Below are positions 49,943 through 59,939 of a DNA stretch of 64,000 nt, in pieces. Location of the stretch: NCBI GenBank assembly GCA_047150005.1, contig AP038806.1:1248001-1312000 (forward strand). Direction: 5' to 3'. This DNA comes from Nitrospira sp. (GTDB taxonomy: Bacteria > Nitrospirota > Nitrospiria > Nitrospirales > Nitrospiraceae). The position numbers and the translations under genes are program-made. The notes below the pieces were generated by a model. It worked only from the letters and a program-made list of their open reading frames with translations, had not been told where the DNA came from and ran no database searches. Each line of letters opens with the position of its first letter. Position 1 is the stretch's first letter.

Positions 49943-50473
49943 TCATATAAACAGATTCACGCTGCCCTGCTTGGCTTCGGCCAAATAGGTGGTCACGCCG
50001 GCAAACTGATCGATTCCCTCGATCAACGTGTCTTTCGTGATTCCCATCAGTCCCATGGTCGTCGTGCAGGCGATGAATCGGACGCCGAGATCCATCGCCG
50101 TGGCGATCAGTTCAGGCACGCCGGGCATCCGGTGTTGCTTCATCACCTTGTGCATCATGCTGGTTCCAAGCCCTCCGAAATGAAAGCGGGACAGCGGAAG
50201 GGTCTCGGCGCCTCCTTGGTTCAGCAACCCGAACATGCGCCGAAGCCAATCCTTGGCGGAACTCGTCGCCCCCTTCCGGCGGATCGCATTCAAACCCCAG
50301 AAGGTGAAGAACATCGTGACCTGCATGCCCATCGCCGCGGCTCCGGTCGCGATGATGAAGGCCGCCATCGCACGATCAAGGTCACCGCTCAACAGCACGA
50401 TCGTCACCCGGTCGGGTTTGGAGGCCTGCAGATCCGACAAGGCGACCGCGGGATCCAGTTGTGTGGTAGTCAT
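49943..50473 (-). CDS. DsrE2-like sulfurtransferase
   Basis: SGDLDRAMAAFIIATGAAAMG, FFTFWGL, FIACTTTMGLMG, VNLFI. Confidence 0.9.
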   Translation of the reverse strand: MTTTQLDPAVALSDLQASKPDRVTIVLLSGDLDRAMAAFIIATGAAAMGMQVTMFFTFWGLNAIRRKGATSSAKDWLRRMFGLLNQGGAETLPLSRFHFGGLGTSMMHKVMKQHRMPGVPELIATAMDLGVRFIACTTTMGLMGITKDTLIEGIDQFAGVTTYLAEAKQGSVNLFI

Positions 50474-50796
50474 GGAGTCCCCCTTCTCGGCAGACGAGCA
50501 AGAAGTCTACATTTCTGTGGGATTTTGACTATAGTCTCCGCAACTTTTTCTTGTCAAGAAACGGCCGCCCTCACGAGAACAGACACCGTTCCGGTTGACC
50601 GGACCCGCTTTCCTTCCACGCCGACAAGCGACTACGGCCGCGCAGACGTCGGTCGCGCTGGACGTGACATGACCGCGACACGCTGGAAGTGAAAAGCCGT
50701 TCGACGTTGCTTGACCTTCGAAAACCCGCTCGTTATAGTCCTATTCAGATCGAACAGAGCCCGGTCGCATCGCCCACGCCCATCCTCCCTTACCTC

Positions 50797-51282
50797 ATGA
50801 ACGCGGACCAGAGCGTACAACCCCAGCCAGCCAAGAGTGCGCTTTTCGGATTTTGGTATCCGGCCTGCTGCAGTTCCGACCTAGGACCCGGCATGTTGAA
50901 AGGAACCGTCTTGCTCGGACTGCCTATCCTCGTGTGCAAGACGGAGCAAGGCGCCGTGGCCGCCATGCGCGACATCTGCCCTCATCGGCGCATGCCGCTG
51001 TCGTTTGGGCGCATGCGAGGCGATTGCGTGGAGTGCGCCTACCACGGATGGCAATTCGACCCGAAGGGTCGATGCCGGACGATTCCCTCGCTGGTGCAGG
51101 ATTCCCCCGTTCAACCCGACAAGATCGGGGTCACGACCTATCCGTGCCGGGAACGGGACGGATATGTGTGGGTGTTTCTTTCCGATCTCTCACGACCGGA
51201 GCAACCCATTCCCGAGGTACCGCCCCTGCCGCTGCCGGCTTCCCCTTTGAAGGGCCGCGTGACGTTTCGCTGGAGGAGTTGA
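50797..51282 (+). pseudogene. Truncated Rieske oxygenase alpha subunit (Rieske domain only)
   Basis: FWYPA, DICPHR.MPLS.G, ECAYHGWQFD..G.C..IPS, GYVWVF, then a stop after a Pro-rich linker; catalytic domain absent. Confidence 0.6.
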
Positions 51283-51284
51283 AC

Positions 51285-51941
51285 ATGTCGAGCGGCTCCC
51301 GGCTCGTGAGCCCGTTCCTCCTGGCATTGCTGCTCGTTCTCGTCCCGTTTGCCCGCGCCCGTGCATTCGACAATCCCCGCCTGGCTTCGGTACCGGCCTT
51401 GGCCGTTCTCAGCGACGGGCGGACGGGAGTCGTCCACTACATCGCCATTCAGATCTCCTCCGATCCCGGAGTGGACGGACCGGTCATTCAATTCAGCGAG
51501 ATCAATTTGGGGGGAGGTTCGCTGGTGGGGGACGACTGGAAAGCGGGCGTCAGGCAGGCCGTGCTGACCGCCTTACGACATCTCGGGACAGACGGGCGCG
51601 ACTGGGTGGTCACCATCAAGAATCGATCCCACAATGCCATGACCGACGGCATGAGCGCGAGCGGCGCGGTCGCGGTCGGCATCATGGCGGCCTGGCGAGG
51701 CGAGACCATACGGCCCGGTGTGGCATTGACCGGACAAATCGCGCCGAACGGCGACATTCTCGCAGTCGGCAGCGTCCCTCAGAAAGTCGACGCGGCGGCG
51801 CGAGAGCAGTTCAAGACCGTGCTTGTACCGCGAGGACAGTCCCACACGACGGAATGGGACCCCGGCAGCCAGACTCGACGGGTGACCGTCCTCGAGGTGG
51901 GCACGTTGGACGACGCCTATCAAGCAATGGCGGGTCCGTAA
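51285..51941 (+). CDS. Exported stand-alone Lon (S16) proteolytic domain protein
   Basis: GGAGGAG RBS; signal peptide; TDGMSAS (Ser), ALTGQI...GDILAVGSVPQKVDAA (Lys). Confidence 0.82.
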   Translation: MSSGSRLVSPFLLALLLVLVPFARARAFDNPRLASVPALAVLSDGRTGVVHYIAIQISSDPGVDGPVIQFSEINLGGGSLVGDDWKAGVRQAVLTALRHLGTDGRDWVVTIKNRSHNAMTDGMSASGAVAVGIMAAWRGETIRPGVALTGQIAPNGDILAVGSVPQKVDAAAREQFKTVLVPRGQSHTTEWDPGSQTRRVTVLEVGTLDDAYQAMAGP

Positions 51942-51951
51942 CGCTGAGCCG

Positions 51952-53958
51952 TTATTCCTGCGACGACTCAACAAGAAGACTCATCGCCCGCCTGATCTGT
52001 TCACGCGATCCCAGCAGCACCACGATATCGCCGCCCTTGAGCTTGGTCTTCAGAGACGGGTTGGATTCGGTGACGCCGGCACGGGTCCACGCGATGACGG
52101 AGGCCCCCGTGCGGGGACGGATCGCCAGATCGTCCAAGGTTTTTCCCACGGAAGGGGCGTCCTCCTCGATCCGGCACGTTTCAACCTCCGCATCGGTGAG
52201 GGTTCCGCCTCTCAGATGATGAGCCAGCTCGGGCAGCTCGCTGCGCCGCAACAGCGCATAGCCCTCCCGTCGGATTTGTTCGGCCTTCCGCGTCACGAAC
52301 TCCTGCGGCAGGTCGTAGGTGCGTAGGACGAGTGCGAAGATCTCGATGGACGTCTCGAATTCCTCAGGCACGACGTCGTCGGCTCCCAACTGATGCAGTT
52401 CCTCGAGCTCGCGCAGGTACCGCGTGCGCACGACCACGTGCAGTTTCGGATTGAGTCCCTTGGCCACCTGAACGGTCCGCCGGGTGACGAACGGATCCGA
52501 GATGGCGACGACCAGCACTTTGGCGTCCTCGATCTTCACATGACGCAACACGTTCGCATTCGTGGCGTCTCCGTAATACACCGGCACGCCGTGTTGGGCC
52601 TCCCGTCTGACCGTGTCGCCGTCGAGATCCAGCGCGACGTGCGGAATTTCCGTTTCACTCAAGACGCGCGCAAGATTGCGTCCGTTGAGCCCGTATCCGA
52701 CGATAATGACGTGGTCCTTGATTCGGATGTGCTTGCCTTCCGCTTGCAACGCGTGTGCTGTGGTGCGGGCGGGAAACCAATGCCGCAGGCGCTGCATCGC
52801 TTCCACACGCCGCGCCATCGCCGGGGACCACTCCATCAAGAACGGCGTGATGATCATCGAGAGAACCGAGACCGCCAAGAACACCTGATAGGGATCGCCC
52901 CGCAACAGACCACTCTCCTGCCCCTGTTGGGCCAGCAGAAAGCTGAACTCGCCCACTTGTGCCAATGCCACACCGACCATCAGCGCCGAGCGGGGCGGAA
53001 CCTCCACCGCAAGGGCGGCGGCCGCTCCGGCGACAAATTTCACCAGGAGGATGGCCGCCAGCAGTCCGGCGACCAGAAAGGGATGCTCGACCAGCACGCG
53101 CCAGTTCATGAGAATGCCGATCGACACGAAAAACAGACTGTTGAAACTGTCGCGGAACGGAAGCACCTCCGCCATGGCCTGGTGGCTGTACTCGGACTCC
53201 GAAATGACGAGGCCGGCGATGAAGGCGCCGAGGGCCAGGGAGAGGCCGCCTAGAGACGTCAACCAGGCGATGCCCAGACAGAGCACGATGACCGTGAGTA
53301 AGAACAATTCCCGACTCCGACTTCGGACGATATGTTCCAACAGTTTCGGGACGGCGTACCAGGCCGCGGCCACAACGAGACCGACCACCAGCGCAGACTT
53401 GCCCAACGTCGCGAGAATCGAGAGTCCGGCTCCCTCGGCGTGACTGGCGAGAATGGGCGTCAGCAGCATCATCGGAACGACGGCAAGATCCTGAAAGATC
53501 AGGATGCCGATCGTGGCGCGGCCGTGGATCGAATCACTGTCGCCGCGGTTCGCCAGCGTCTTCAAGACGATGGCCGTGCTGCTGAGTGAAATCATGAATC
53601 CCCAGAAAATTCCCTCCTGCCAGCGGAGCCCGGTCGGCAGGACAGCCAGGCAAGCCACGAGCAGGACGCCGCCGACCTGAATGGGCGCCGCAACCAGGAG
53701 CAGCCGTCGAAGGGACGCAAGCTGCACCAGCGAAAACTCAATCCCGATCGTGAAGAGGAGTAGCACGACGCCGATCTCGGCCAGAACCTGGACCGTTCCC
53801 ACATCGGAAATGAGGTTCAACCCGTGCGGCCCGATCAGCGCCCCTGCGACGAGAAACCCGGCGATCGAGGGAAGCCTGAATTGGTGGAAGACGAAGACGA
53901 CGGCGATCGACACCGAAAAAATGACGAGCAAATTGCCGAGCACACCATAATCCGTCAT
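51952..53958 (-). CDS. CPA2 cation:proton antiporter (KefB/C-like) with TrkA-N and TrkA-C domains
   Basis: AEIGVVLLLFTIGIEFS, SLSSTAIV, IFQD, GEFSF, IVGYGLNG, YYGDAT. Confidence 0.93.
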   Translation of the reverse strand: MTDYGVLGNLLVIFSVSIAVVFVFHQFRLPSIAGFLVAGALIGPHGLNLISDVGTVQVLAEIGVVLLLFTIGIEFSLVQLASLRRLLLVAAPIQVGGVLLVACLAVLPTGLRWQEGIFWGFMISLSSTAIVLKTLANRGDSDSIHGRATIGILIFQDLAVVPMMLLTPILASHAEGAGLSILATLGKSALVVGLVVAAAWYAVPKLLEHIVRSRSRELFLLTVIVLCLGIAWLTSLGGLSLALGAFIAGLVISESEYSHQAMAEVLPFRDSFNSLFFVSIGILMNWRVLVEHPFLVAGLLAAILLVKFVAGAAAALAVEVPPRSALMVGVALAQVGEFSFLLAQQGQESGLLRGDPYQVFLAVSVLSMIITPFLMEWSPAMARRVEAMQRLRHWFPARTTAHALQAEGKHIRIKDHVIIVGYGLNGRNLARVLSETEIPHVALDLDGDTVRREAQHGVPVYYGDATNANVLRHVKIEDAKVLVVAISDPFVTRRTVQVAKGLNPKLHVVVRTRYLRELEELHQLGADDVVPEEFETSIEIFALVLRTYDLPQEFVTRKAEQIRREGYALLRRSELPELAHHLRGGTLTDAEVETCRIEEDAPSVGKTLDDLAIRPRTGASVIAWTRAGVTESNPSLKTKLKGGDIVVLLGSREQIRRAMSLLVESSQE

Positions 53959-54059
53959 GTCGATCCTTGCTCCGAGAGTGAAGCGGAGGATACCGCAGCA
54001 TGGCCTAATGGACAAGGTACAGCTTGTCCCGCCCGCGACCCTTTTTGTAAAGTGGCCCG

Positions 54060-54839
54060 ATGCCACCGAACTTGCGTCAGACGATCGGCGCGATCATTTT
54101 CGACTTCAACGGCGTGCTGGCCGATGATGAGACGCCTCATGTCCTGTGCTTTCAGCAGGCACTGGCCGAGTTCGGCCTGTCGCTGACCGTGGAGGACTAC
54201 TACGGCGCGTACCTCGGCATGGATGAGCGGACCTGCGCCGCATTGCTGCTGAGGGCGCGAGGCGACGGCCACAACGACGGCCTGCTCGACCGCGTCATTG
54301 CCAGGAAGACCGAACTCTTCGCGCTCCGAACCGCCGACGACAAGCCGCCGTTGTTCCCCGGCGCGGCCGAATTTGTGAAGGCCGCCCGCGCCACGTACCG
54401 GCTGGCCATCGCGTCAGGAGGCCGGCGCCATCAGATCGACCGAGCCATCCAAGGAACTCCGATCGAGCGAGACTTCGATGTCATGGTCGCGGCCGAAGAT
54501 TGCCCGATCGGAAAGCCCGACCCCGCCATTTATCGCATGACACTCGCGCGCCTCAACAACGCAGGACATACGCCTTTGTCCGCCTCGAACTGTCTGGTGA
54601 TCGAGGACTCACTCGCCGGCATCCGAGCAGCCCGACAAGCCGGCATGAAGATCCTCGCCGTGGCCACGACCTATCCCGCCGAAAAACTGCGCGAAGCCGA
54701 TGGGGTGTTGCCCGGTTTCTTCGGCCTCACACCGGAAGCAGCGATCGGCATGCTGACCGGAATCGGCCCGGACGGCCGCCTCCCGCATCCGGCACCCATC
54801 ACCGTGCCTGTGACAGCGACCCCCTCGAAAGGTGAATAG
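54060..54839 (+). CDS. HAD-family hydrolase (beta-PGM-like)
   Basis: IIFDFNGVLADDE, AIASG, GKPDPAIY, VIEDSLAGIRAA. Confidence 0.88.
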   Translation: MPPNLRQTIGAIIFDFNGVLADDETPHVLCFQQALAEFGLSLTVEDYYGAYLGMDERTCAALLLRARGDGHNDGLLDRVIARKTELFALRTADDKPPLFPGAAEFVKAARATYRLAIASGGRRHQIDRAIQGTPIERDFDVMVAAEDCPIGKPDPAIYRMTLARLNNAGHTPLSASNCLVIEDSLAGIRAARQAGMKILAVATTYPAEKLREADGVLPGFFGLTPEAAIGMLTGIGPDGRLPHPAPITVPVTATPSKGE

Positions 54840-54952
54840 ACGCTGCGCGAGCCGGTGGCATAGCTTGTCGGCACCGATGGTGGATCGTTCGAGAACTGGA
54901 CGATCCGCACGTGTCAACACCGATTGTCTTACGAATTCAGGGGAGGTGCTTT

Positions 54953-55534
54953 ATGCGGCCACGCGATGTGTACCGGGTCGTGGCGACCATGGCGATGATG
55001 TGGACGGCGATGTCGGCGATGTCGAATGCCTCGGAACAGACCGACGTCGATCTCGGCACCATGTGGAGTTGTCCGCTCCCGGATGGCACCGTCCTGTATA
55101 CCAATAAGGACAGTAAGAATAGAGGCGGCTGCACGCCGATGGAGTTGAAGCCCTTGTCGGTCGTGCCGTCATTAGACAACATGCCAACCTATCGCCCTCC
55201 GGTCGCCGTGGCCCCGCAATATGACGTGCCCCCGGTGGATCGAGCCGTCGGTCCGTCTGGAGCATCGGCAGCGCCTGATTGGGCCAAGGATTGGCACGCC
55301 AGCGTGGCCTCCTCCGGAACGGTGCATGCAGAGGTGTGCTCCATGTATAGCGAGTGGCTACACCTGGACCAGAAGACGCGAGGCGGGATGTTCTTCGGAT
55401 CAGACCCGTCCTATGGAGGAGATCTCTCCGCTCAGAATCAGCGGGGCCCCAGTTATTCCTTCTACGACAACACCCGTTGGCTGGCATTGAGCCGGATGTT
55501 CGGCACGGGATTCGTTCCGGTCGGCTGTCTCTGA
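54953..55534 (+). CDS. Exported hypothetical protein (DUF4124-like N-terminus)
   Basis: GGAGGTG RBS; signal peptide; WSC..PDGTVLYTNK...GC. Confidence 0.72.
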   Translation: MRPRDVYRVVATMAMMWTAMSAMSNASEQTDVDLGTMWSCPLPDGTVLYTNKDSKNRGGCTPMELKPLSVVPSLDNMPTYRPPVAVAPQYDVPPVDRAVGPSGASAAPDWAKDWHASVASSGTVHAEVCSMYSEWLHLDQKTRGGMFFGSDPSYGGDLSAQNQRGPSYSFYDNTRWLALSRMFGTGFVPVGCL

Positions 55535-55628
55535 CAATCCTGGTTGGAGCGGCAAATTCGATCGTCTCAACATCGCCGGCTCGGGAGGCATCTGATTCAC
55601 CTGAGCCGGCCCGTCTGCTTCCCGTCGC

Positions 55629-56651
55629 TCAGACCTTGTAAAACTCCCGATACCACTGCACGAAACGGGGCACTCCGACTTCGATCGGCGTCGCGGGCTT
55701 GAATCCGACGTCTCGAGCGAGGTCGTCGATGTCCGCATAGGTCGCCGGCACATCCCCCGGCTGCAACGGCAGCAGCCGCTTCTCCGCCTTCTTACCGACG
55801 GCCTGTTCCAGCACCTCGATGAACCGTAGCAATTCCACCGGCTGATGATTGCCGATGTTGTAGACCCGCGCGGGGGCCGAACTGGTTCCGGGATCCGGAG
55901 AGTCACCCGACCACTGGGGATTCGGTTCCGCCCGGCGATCCAGCGTGCGCACGACCCCTTCGACGATGTCGTCGACGTAGGTGAAGTCGCGACGCATCTT
56001 TCCATGGTTGAAGACGTCGATTGGTTTCCCTTCCAGGATGGCCTTCGTGAAAATGAAGAGCGCCATGTCGGGCCGCCCCCAGGGACCATAGACGGTGAAG
56101 AACCGGAGCCCCGTACAGGGAATGCGGTACAGATGCGCGTAGGAATGGGCCATCAACTCGTTGGCCTTTTTGCTGGCCGCATAGAGGGAGACGGGATGGT
56201 CCACATTGTCGTGTATGGAGAAGGGCATCTGGGTGTTGCCGCCGTAGACGGAGCTCGACGAGGCATACACCAGATGTTCGATCCCGCCATGCCGGCACCC
56301 TTCGAGCACGTTCAGGAAGCCTTCGATGTTGCTGTCGGTATACGCATGGGGATTGACCAGGGAATATCGGACGCCAGCCTGCGCCGCAAGATGAACGACT
56401 CGCTTGATCGGATGCTCGGCGAACAGCTCCTTCATGCCGAGTCGATTGGCAAGATCGAGTTTGACAAACTGGAAGCCGGCCAGCGCCGTCAGTTGAGCCA
56501 GTCGAGCCTGTTTCAAACGGACATCATAATAGTCGTTCACGTTGTCGAGGCCGATCACGGAATCGCCTCGCGCGATCAACCGCTTGACGACGTGGAAACC
56601 GATAAAACCGGCGGCTCCCGTGACGAGAATCACTCTGTTCGAATCACCCAT
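55629..56651 (-). CDS. UDP-glucuronate 4-epimerase (NAD-dependent epimerase)
   Basis: [54 protein letters not shown]. Confidence 0.92.
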   Translation of the reverse strand: MGDSNRVILVTGAAGFIGFHVVKRLIARGDSVIGLDNVNDYYDVRLKQARLAQLTALAGFQFVKLDLANRLGMKELFAEHPIKRVVHLAAQAGVRYSLVNPHAYTDSNIEGFLNVLEGCRHGGIEHLVYASSSSVYGGNTQMPFSIHDNVDHPVSLYAASKKANELMAHSYAHLYRIPCTGLRFFTVYGPWGRPDMALFIFTKAILEGKPIDVFNHGKMRRDFTYVDDIVEGVVRTLDRRAEPNPQWSGDSPDPGTSSAPARVYNIGNHQPVELLRFIEVLEQAVGKKAEKRLLPLQPGDVPATYADIDDLARDVGFKPATPIEVGVPRFVQWYREFYKV

Positions 56652-56680
56652 GCGCATCCTCTCCCTCGACATGCCTGTCG

Positions 56681-58312
56681 CTACGTCCGCCGCCCTGTCT
56701 TCATGAAGGCCGGTTCTCCGAATGCCGCCGTGTATAGGGTCATCGGCTCAAGGCTTCCACCCGCCGACTGGACGTCGATCGTCCCGTCCCGTGTCAGCCG
56801 ATACCGGTCGAACGCTTGGGCATAATGATACCCGCAACCCAGAGGAGAGAGAAAGGCTTTCAGATTTTCCGGAGGCTCCCAATGCGCCGTGAGCAGCGCC
56901 GTTCTCGCGGGATTTCTCCGACTGAACATAAAGGACAGATGATCGGGGTACCAATCCGCACCTCCGGTGGCGTACGAGACGAACGCTTTTGCGCGGGCCG
57001 CCGCGCAGATCTCGGCCAGGTAGGCGTTGGTGAGGTAGCCGTTCTCGCCGATGTCGAGCCACTTGCCCGGATGGGACAGGGCGGCATGCGCGGCATGACT
57101 CCGGAGTTCGAGCAATTGCTGCTGCGAGGCAAACACGAGGGGGATCGGCCCGTACTTGTGGACCAGCCGGGCGAGAATATGCTCCTTCAGCGCGGAGCGT
57201 CCGTCGTTGGTCGGACCACTGTCGGCATGCACCAGAACATTGTAGCCCCGGTCGCTGATCAGATAACAGTTTCGCGGCATCTCCAAGTCACAGGGATCTT
57301 CCCCGTAAAACGGAACGGAGACGACGGCCCCTCCTTCGAAGGACCAAGCCTCGCCATGAGCCAGCTCGATCACGTGAGCGAATCCCAGCTCCCGAAGCAG
57401 CGACAGGTAATCGAAGAAGAAGTGCTTGCGGTTGCGCCGGCTCGGCACGATGATGGGTGTCTCCTTGGGAAGATGCAGGAGCGTGCGCGGGTCCACATGG
57501 TCGTCATGATCGTGGGTCAAGAACACGGCGGCCGGCTTGGGCAACAGTGCACCCCAGGGAGACGGCACGGACGATTCCGCGTACCAGGGCAGCAGCCAGG
57601 GGTCGAAGAGCAGGGCCTGCTCCCGTTGCCGATACAGCAACGCGGCATGGCCGAGGTGGACCGTGTCCTGATCCTGCACGACCTCGAACCACTGTTGCCG
57701 GACCGCGGCCTGGGGCGAACTGGCGAGACACTCATATTGATGGAAGGCCTCCATCAGTCGAATGAGCACGACCTGCGCCTCCCTCGGCGAGGCCGTGACC
57801 ACCGTCCTGATCTCCTCGACCTGTCGGGTACCGTCCAGCATGCCCAGGACCTTTCCGATCACGGGGCCGAGGGGACGCTGCTCGAAGCCGATCGGGATCG
57901 CCTGCCGCCTCACCGAATGAAAAATCCGCAGTCCTCCGTTCGTCACCGTGGACGACTTCGTCGGATCAGTCGGGAACTCCCAGTGAAAGCTGCCGTCGGG
58001 CTTGCGCCCGCAGGCGATATGTCGTTGCAGATAGGGCCGTGCCGCGATGAGTTCCGAATAGGCGTCTTCCAGGCGCCGGCGACGGTCCGGGTCATCCAGA
58101 GGCGCTCGTTTGGAAAAGACGTCGCTGATGGCGGTGTCGATGGAACTGGCCAGCAGGCTGTGCGCTTCATGAAGGCTCGCGATGATGTCGGAGCCCGCAC
58201 CGCCGATGAAGGGAAAGGGACCGGGCGGTTCGCCGCTTTCCAACTGGACCCAGACCCACGGCACGAGACTCAGATAGTGCTGCCGCGGATAGTGGTCCCA
58301 GATGCGGCTCAT
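56681..58312 (-). CDS. MBL-fold metalloprotein resembling CmlA-type diiron hydroxylases
   Basis: HLGHA, FDPW, THDHDDH, PFYGE, HADS; long N-terminal domain. Confidence 0.75.
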   Translation of the reverse strand: MSRIWDHYPRQHYLSLVPWVWVQLESGEPPGPFPFIGGAGSDIIASLHEAHSLLASSIDTAISDVFSKRAPLDDPDRRRRLEDAYSELIAARPYLQRHIACGRKPDGSFHWEFPTDPTKSSTVTNGGLRIFHSVRRQAIPIGFEQRPLGPVIGKVLGMLDGTRQVEEIRTVVTASPREAQVVLIRLMEAFHQYECLASSPQAAVRQQWFEVVQDQDTVHLGHAALLYRQREQALLFDPWLLPWYAESSVPSPWGALLPKPAAVFLTHDHDDHVDPRTLLHLPKETPIIVPSRRNRKHFFFDYLSLLRELGFAHVIELAHGEAWSFEGGAVVSVPFYGEDPCDLEMPRNCYLISDRGYNVLVHADSGPTNDGRSALKEHILARLVHKYGPIPLVFASQQQLLELRSHAAHAALSHPGKWLDIGENGYLTNAYLAEICAAARAKAFVSYATGGADWYPDHLSFMFSRRNPARTALLTAHWEPPENLKAFLSPLGCGYHYAQAFDRYRLTRDGTIDVQSAGGSLEPMTLYTAAFGEPAFMKTGRRT

Positions 58313-58342
58313 AGTGCTGAGTGCTGAGTGCTGAGTGCTGAG
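58313..58342. repeat. Heptamer tandem repeat (AGTGCTG)x4
   Basis: Seen directly; inverted copies at 58493-58517. Confidence 0.9.
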
Positions 58343-58500
58343 ACGAGCAGACTGGCTGCCATGTCAAACCTGTTCCGCACGGTGACGTTGGACGGCTGAT
58401 CTTAGACCGCCGAGAATACCAGGGACTTCCTGTGCAAGGCTCATCAGACTGTGCAACTTCTTGCTGCGCCTCGTCCCGACACAATCGCCTTTCTCAGCAC

Positions 58501-58938
58501 TCAGGTCTCAGCACTGAATTGCAGCCTGCTGATGGTAGGTTCGTACAGTGCTTGAATGACGTTCCCGTCGGGATCGGAGAAGTAAAACGAGTAGCTGCCG
58601 TCTCGATGCTGTTTCGGTTCTTTGGCGATCGCCCCACCCAGTGAGGCGATCTTCGGCGCCATCGCGGCATACATGCGGTCGACCGCTTGAGGGCTCTCGA
58701 CGATCACGCCCAGATGATCCAACAGCTGCCCGGTCGCCGCAGTATAGGCCTGCAGCTCGCCCGGGCTGATTTGGTGCAACGCCAGATTGTCTGTCCCGGA
58801 GCTGAAATACACATTGTCCGGATCCGGTTCCCATACCACCGTCATCCCCAACAATTGCTCATAAAACGCCCGGGAGCGTGTCAAGTTGGTGACGCGGAGC
58901 GCCACATGTCGTAAGCCACGATGAGCGGGAACATCCAT
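58501..58938 (-). CDS. VOC/glyoxalase family protein
   Basis: GLRHVALRV..L.RSRAFY..LLG, LDHLG, SFYFSDPDGNVIQ. Confidence 0.9.
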   Translation of the reverse strand: MDVPAHRGLRHVALRVTNLTRSRAFYEQLLGMTVVWEPDPDNVYFSSGTDNLALHQISPGELQAYTAATGQLLDHLGVIVESPQAVDRMYAAMAPKIASLGGAIAKEPKQHRDGSYSFYFSDPDGNVIQALYEPTISRLQFSAET

Positions 58939-59078
58939 ACCGGTCTCGCTGTCGTTATAGTAGGTAACGCCCGCTCCGCCGTCAATTCGATTTTCCGCCG
59001 CACTGATCCGGCTGCGAATGGTCGAACGGCTGTGTTACGATGCCGTGCACCAGCCATCCCAACAAGGAGAACTGCATA

Positions 59079-59894
59079 ATGCGTGGTTCGCTCTCGTTGC
59101 TGATCGTCGCCGTCGTCTTGTGCCTGCCTCTCGCAACTCGCGCCGCCGACTCGGTGTCGTCCGGGAACGACGAGGCTCCGATGGTGAAGGTCCCGGCCGG
59201 ACCGTTCCCGATGGGCGTGCCACCCGGAGATCGGGACGGAGGCCGAGATGAATACCCCCGCCATGAAGTCTACTTGGACGCCTATGAGATCGACCTCTAC
59301 GAAATGACGAACGCCCGGTATCAGGCATTCGTCAAAGCCACGGGTCACCGCGTGCCCCAAAACCCTAAGAATCCGACCAGGAATCTCTGGCAAGGCGAAA
59401 CGGTTTCCGATACGCTTGCCGACCGACCGGTCGTGAACGTGGATTGGGCCGATGCGGCCGCCTACTGTCGCTGGGCGGGCAAACGACTGCCGACGGAGGC
59501 CGAATGGGAAAAGGCCGCCAAGGGAAATACCGACCACCGTTTCCCGTGGGGGAACGTCGAACCCACCAACAAGCATCTGAATTTCAACCAGAAATGGATC
59601 GGCGAGAAGACCCTCATGCCGATCGGGAGTTATGAGGCGGGAAAGAGCCCCTACGGTGCCTACGACATGGCGGGAAACGTCTGGGAGTGGGTCCACGACT
59701 GGTACGATCCGCGGTACTACGAAAAAAGCCCGAGTAAGAATCCCAAAGGGCCCGACAGCGGAACCAAGCGAGTGCTTCGCGGATCCGGATGGCAGAATGA
59801 AACCCCCACCGTCCGCATTTTCACTCGCGTAGAGAGCGATCCGACGGTCCGCAACGAATCAACCGGCTTTCGTTGCGCGCGGGATGCGAAATAA
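59079..59894 (+). CDS. Exported formylglycine-generating-enzyme (SUMF1) family protein
   Basis: F.MG, EYPRHEV, PVVNVDW, RLPTEAEWEKAA, DMAGNVWEW, GFRCA; AAGGAGA RBS. Confidence 0.92.
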   Translation: MRGSLSLLIVAVVLCLPLATRAADSVSSGNDEAPMVKVPAGPFPMGVPPGDRDGGRDEYPRHEVYLDAYEIDLYEMTNARYQAFVKATGHRVPQNPKNPTRNLWQGETVSDTLADRPVVNVDWADAAAYCRWAGKRLPTEAEWEKAAKGNTDHRFPWGNVEPTNKHLNFNQKWIGEKTLMPIGSYEAGKSPYGAYDMAGNVWEWVHDWYDPRYYEKSPSKNPKGPDSGTKRVLRGSGWQNETPTVRIFTRVESDPTVRNESTGFRCARDAK

Positions 59895-59939
59895 TCGTTT
59901 GCGCTGAGGAACTCTCCACCGTCATGGTACAAGAAGGCC

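Noticed and set aside
54060..54839. DxN instead of DxD in HAD motif I
   Set aside because: A single substitution in an otherwise normal HAD protein; not enough to claim a new function
58313..58342. Heptamer array as a CRISPR array
   Set aside because: No spacers, the unit is far too short, and there are no cas genes
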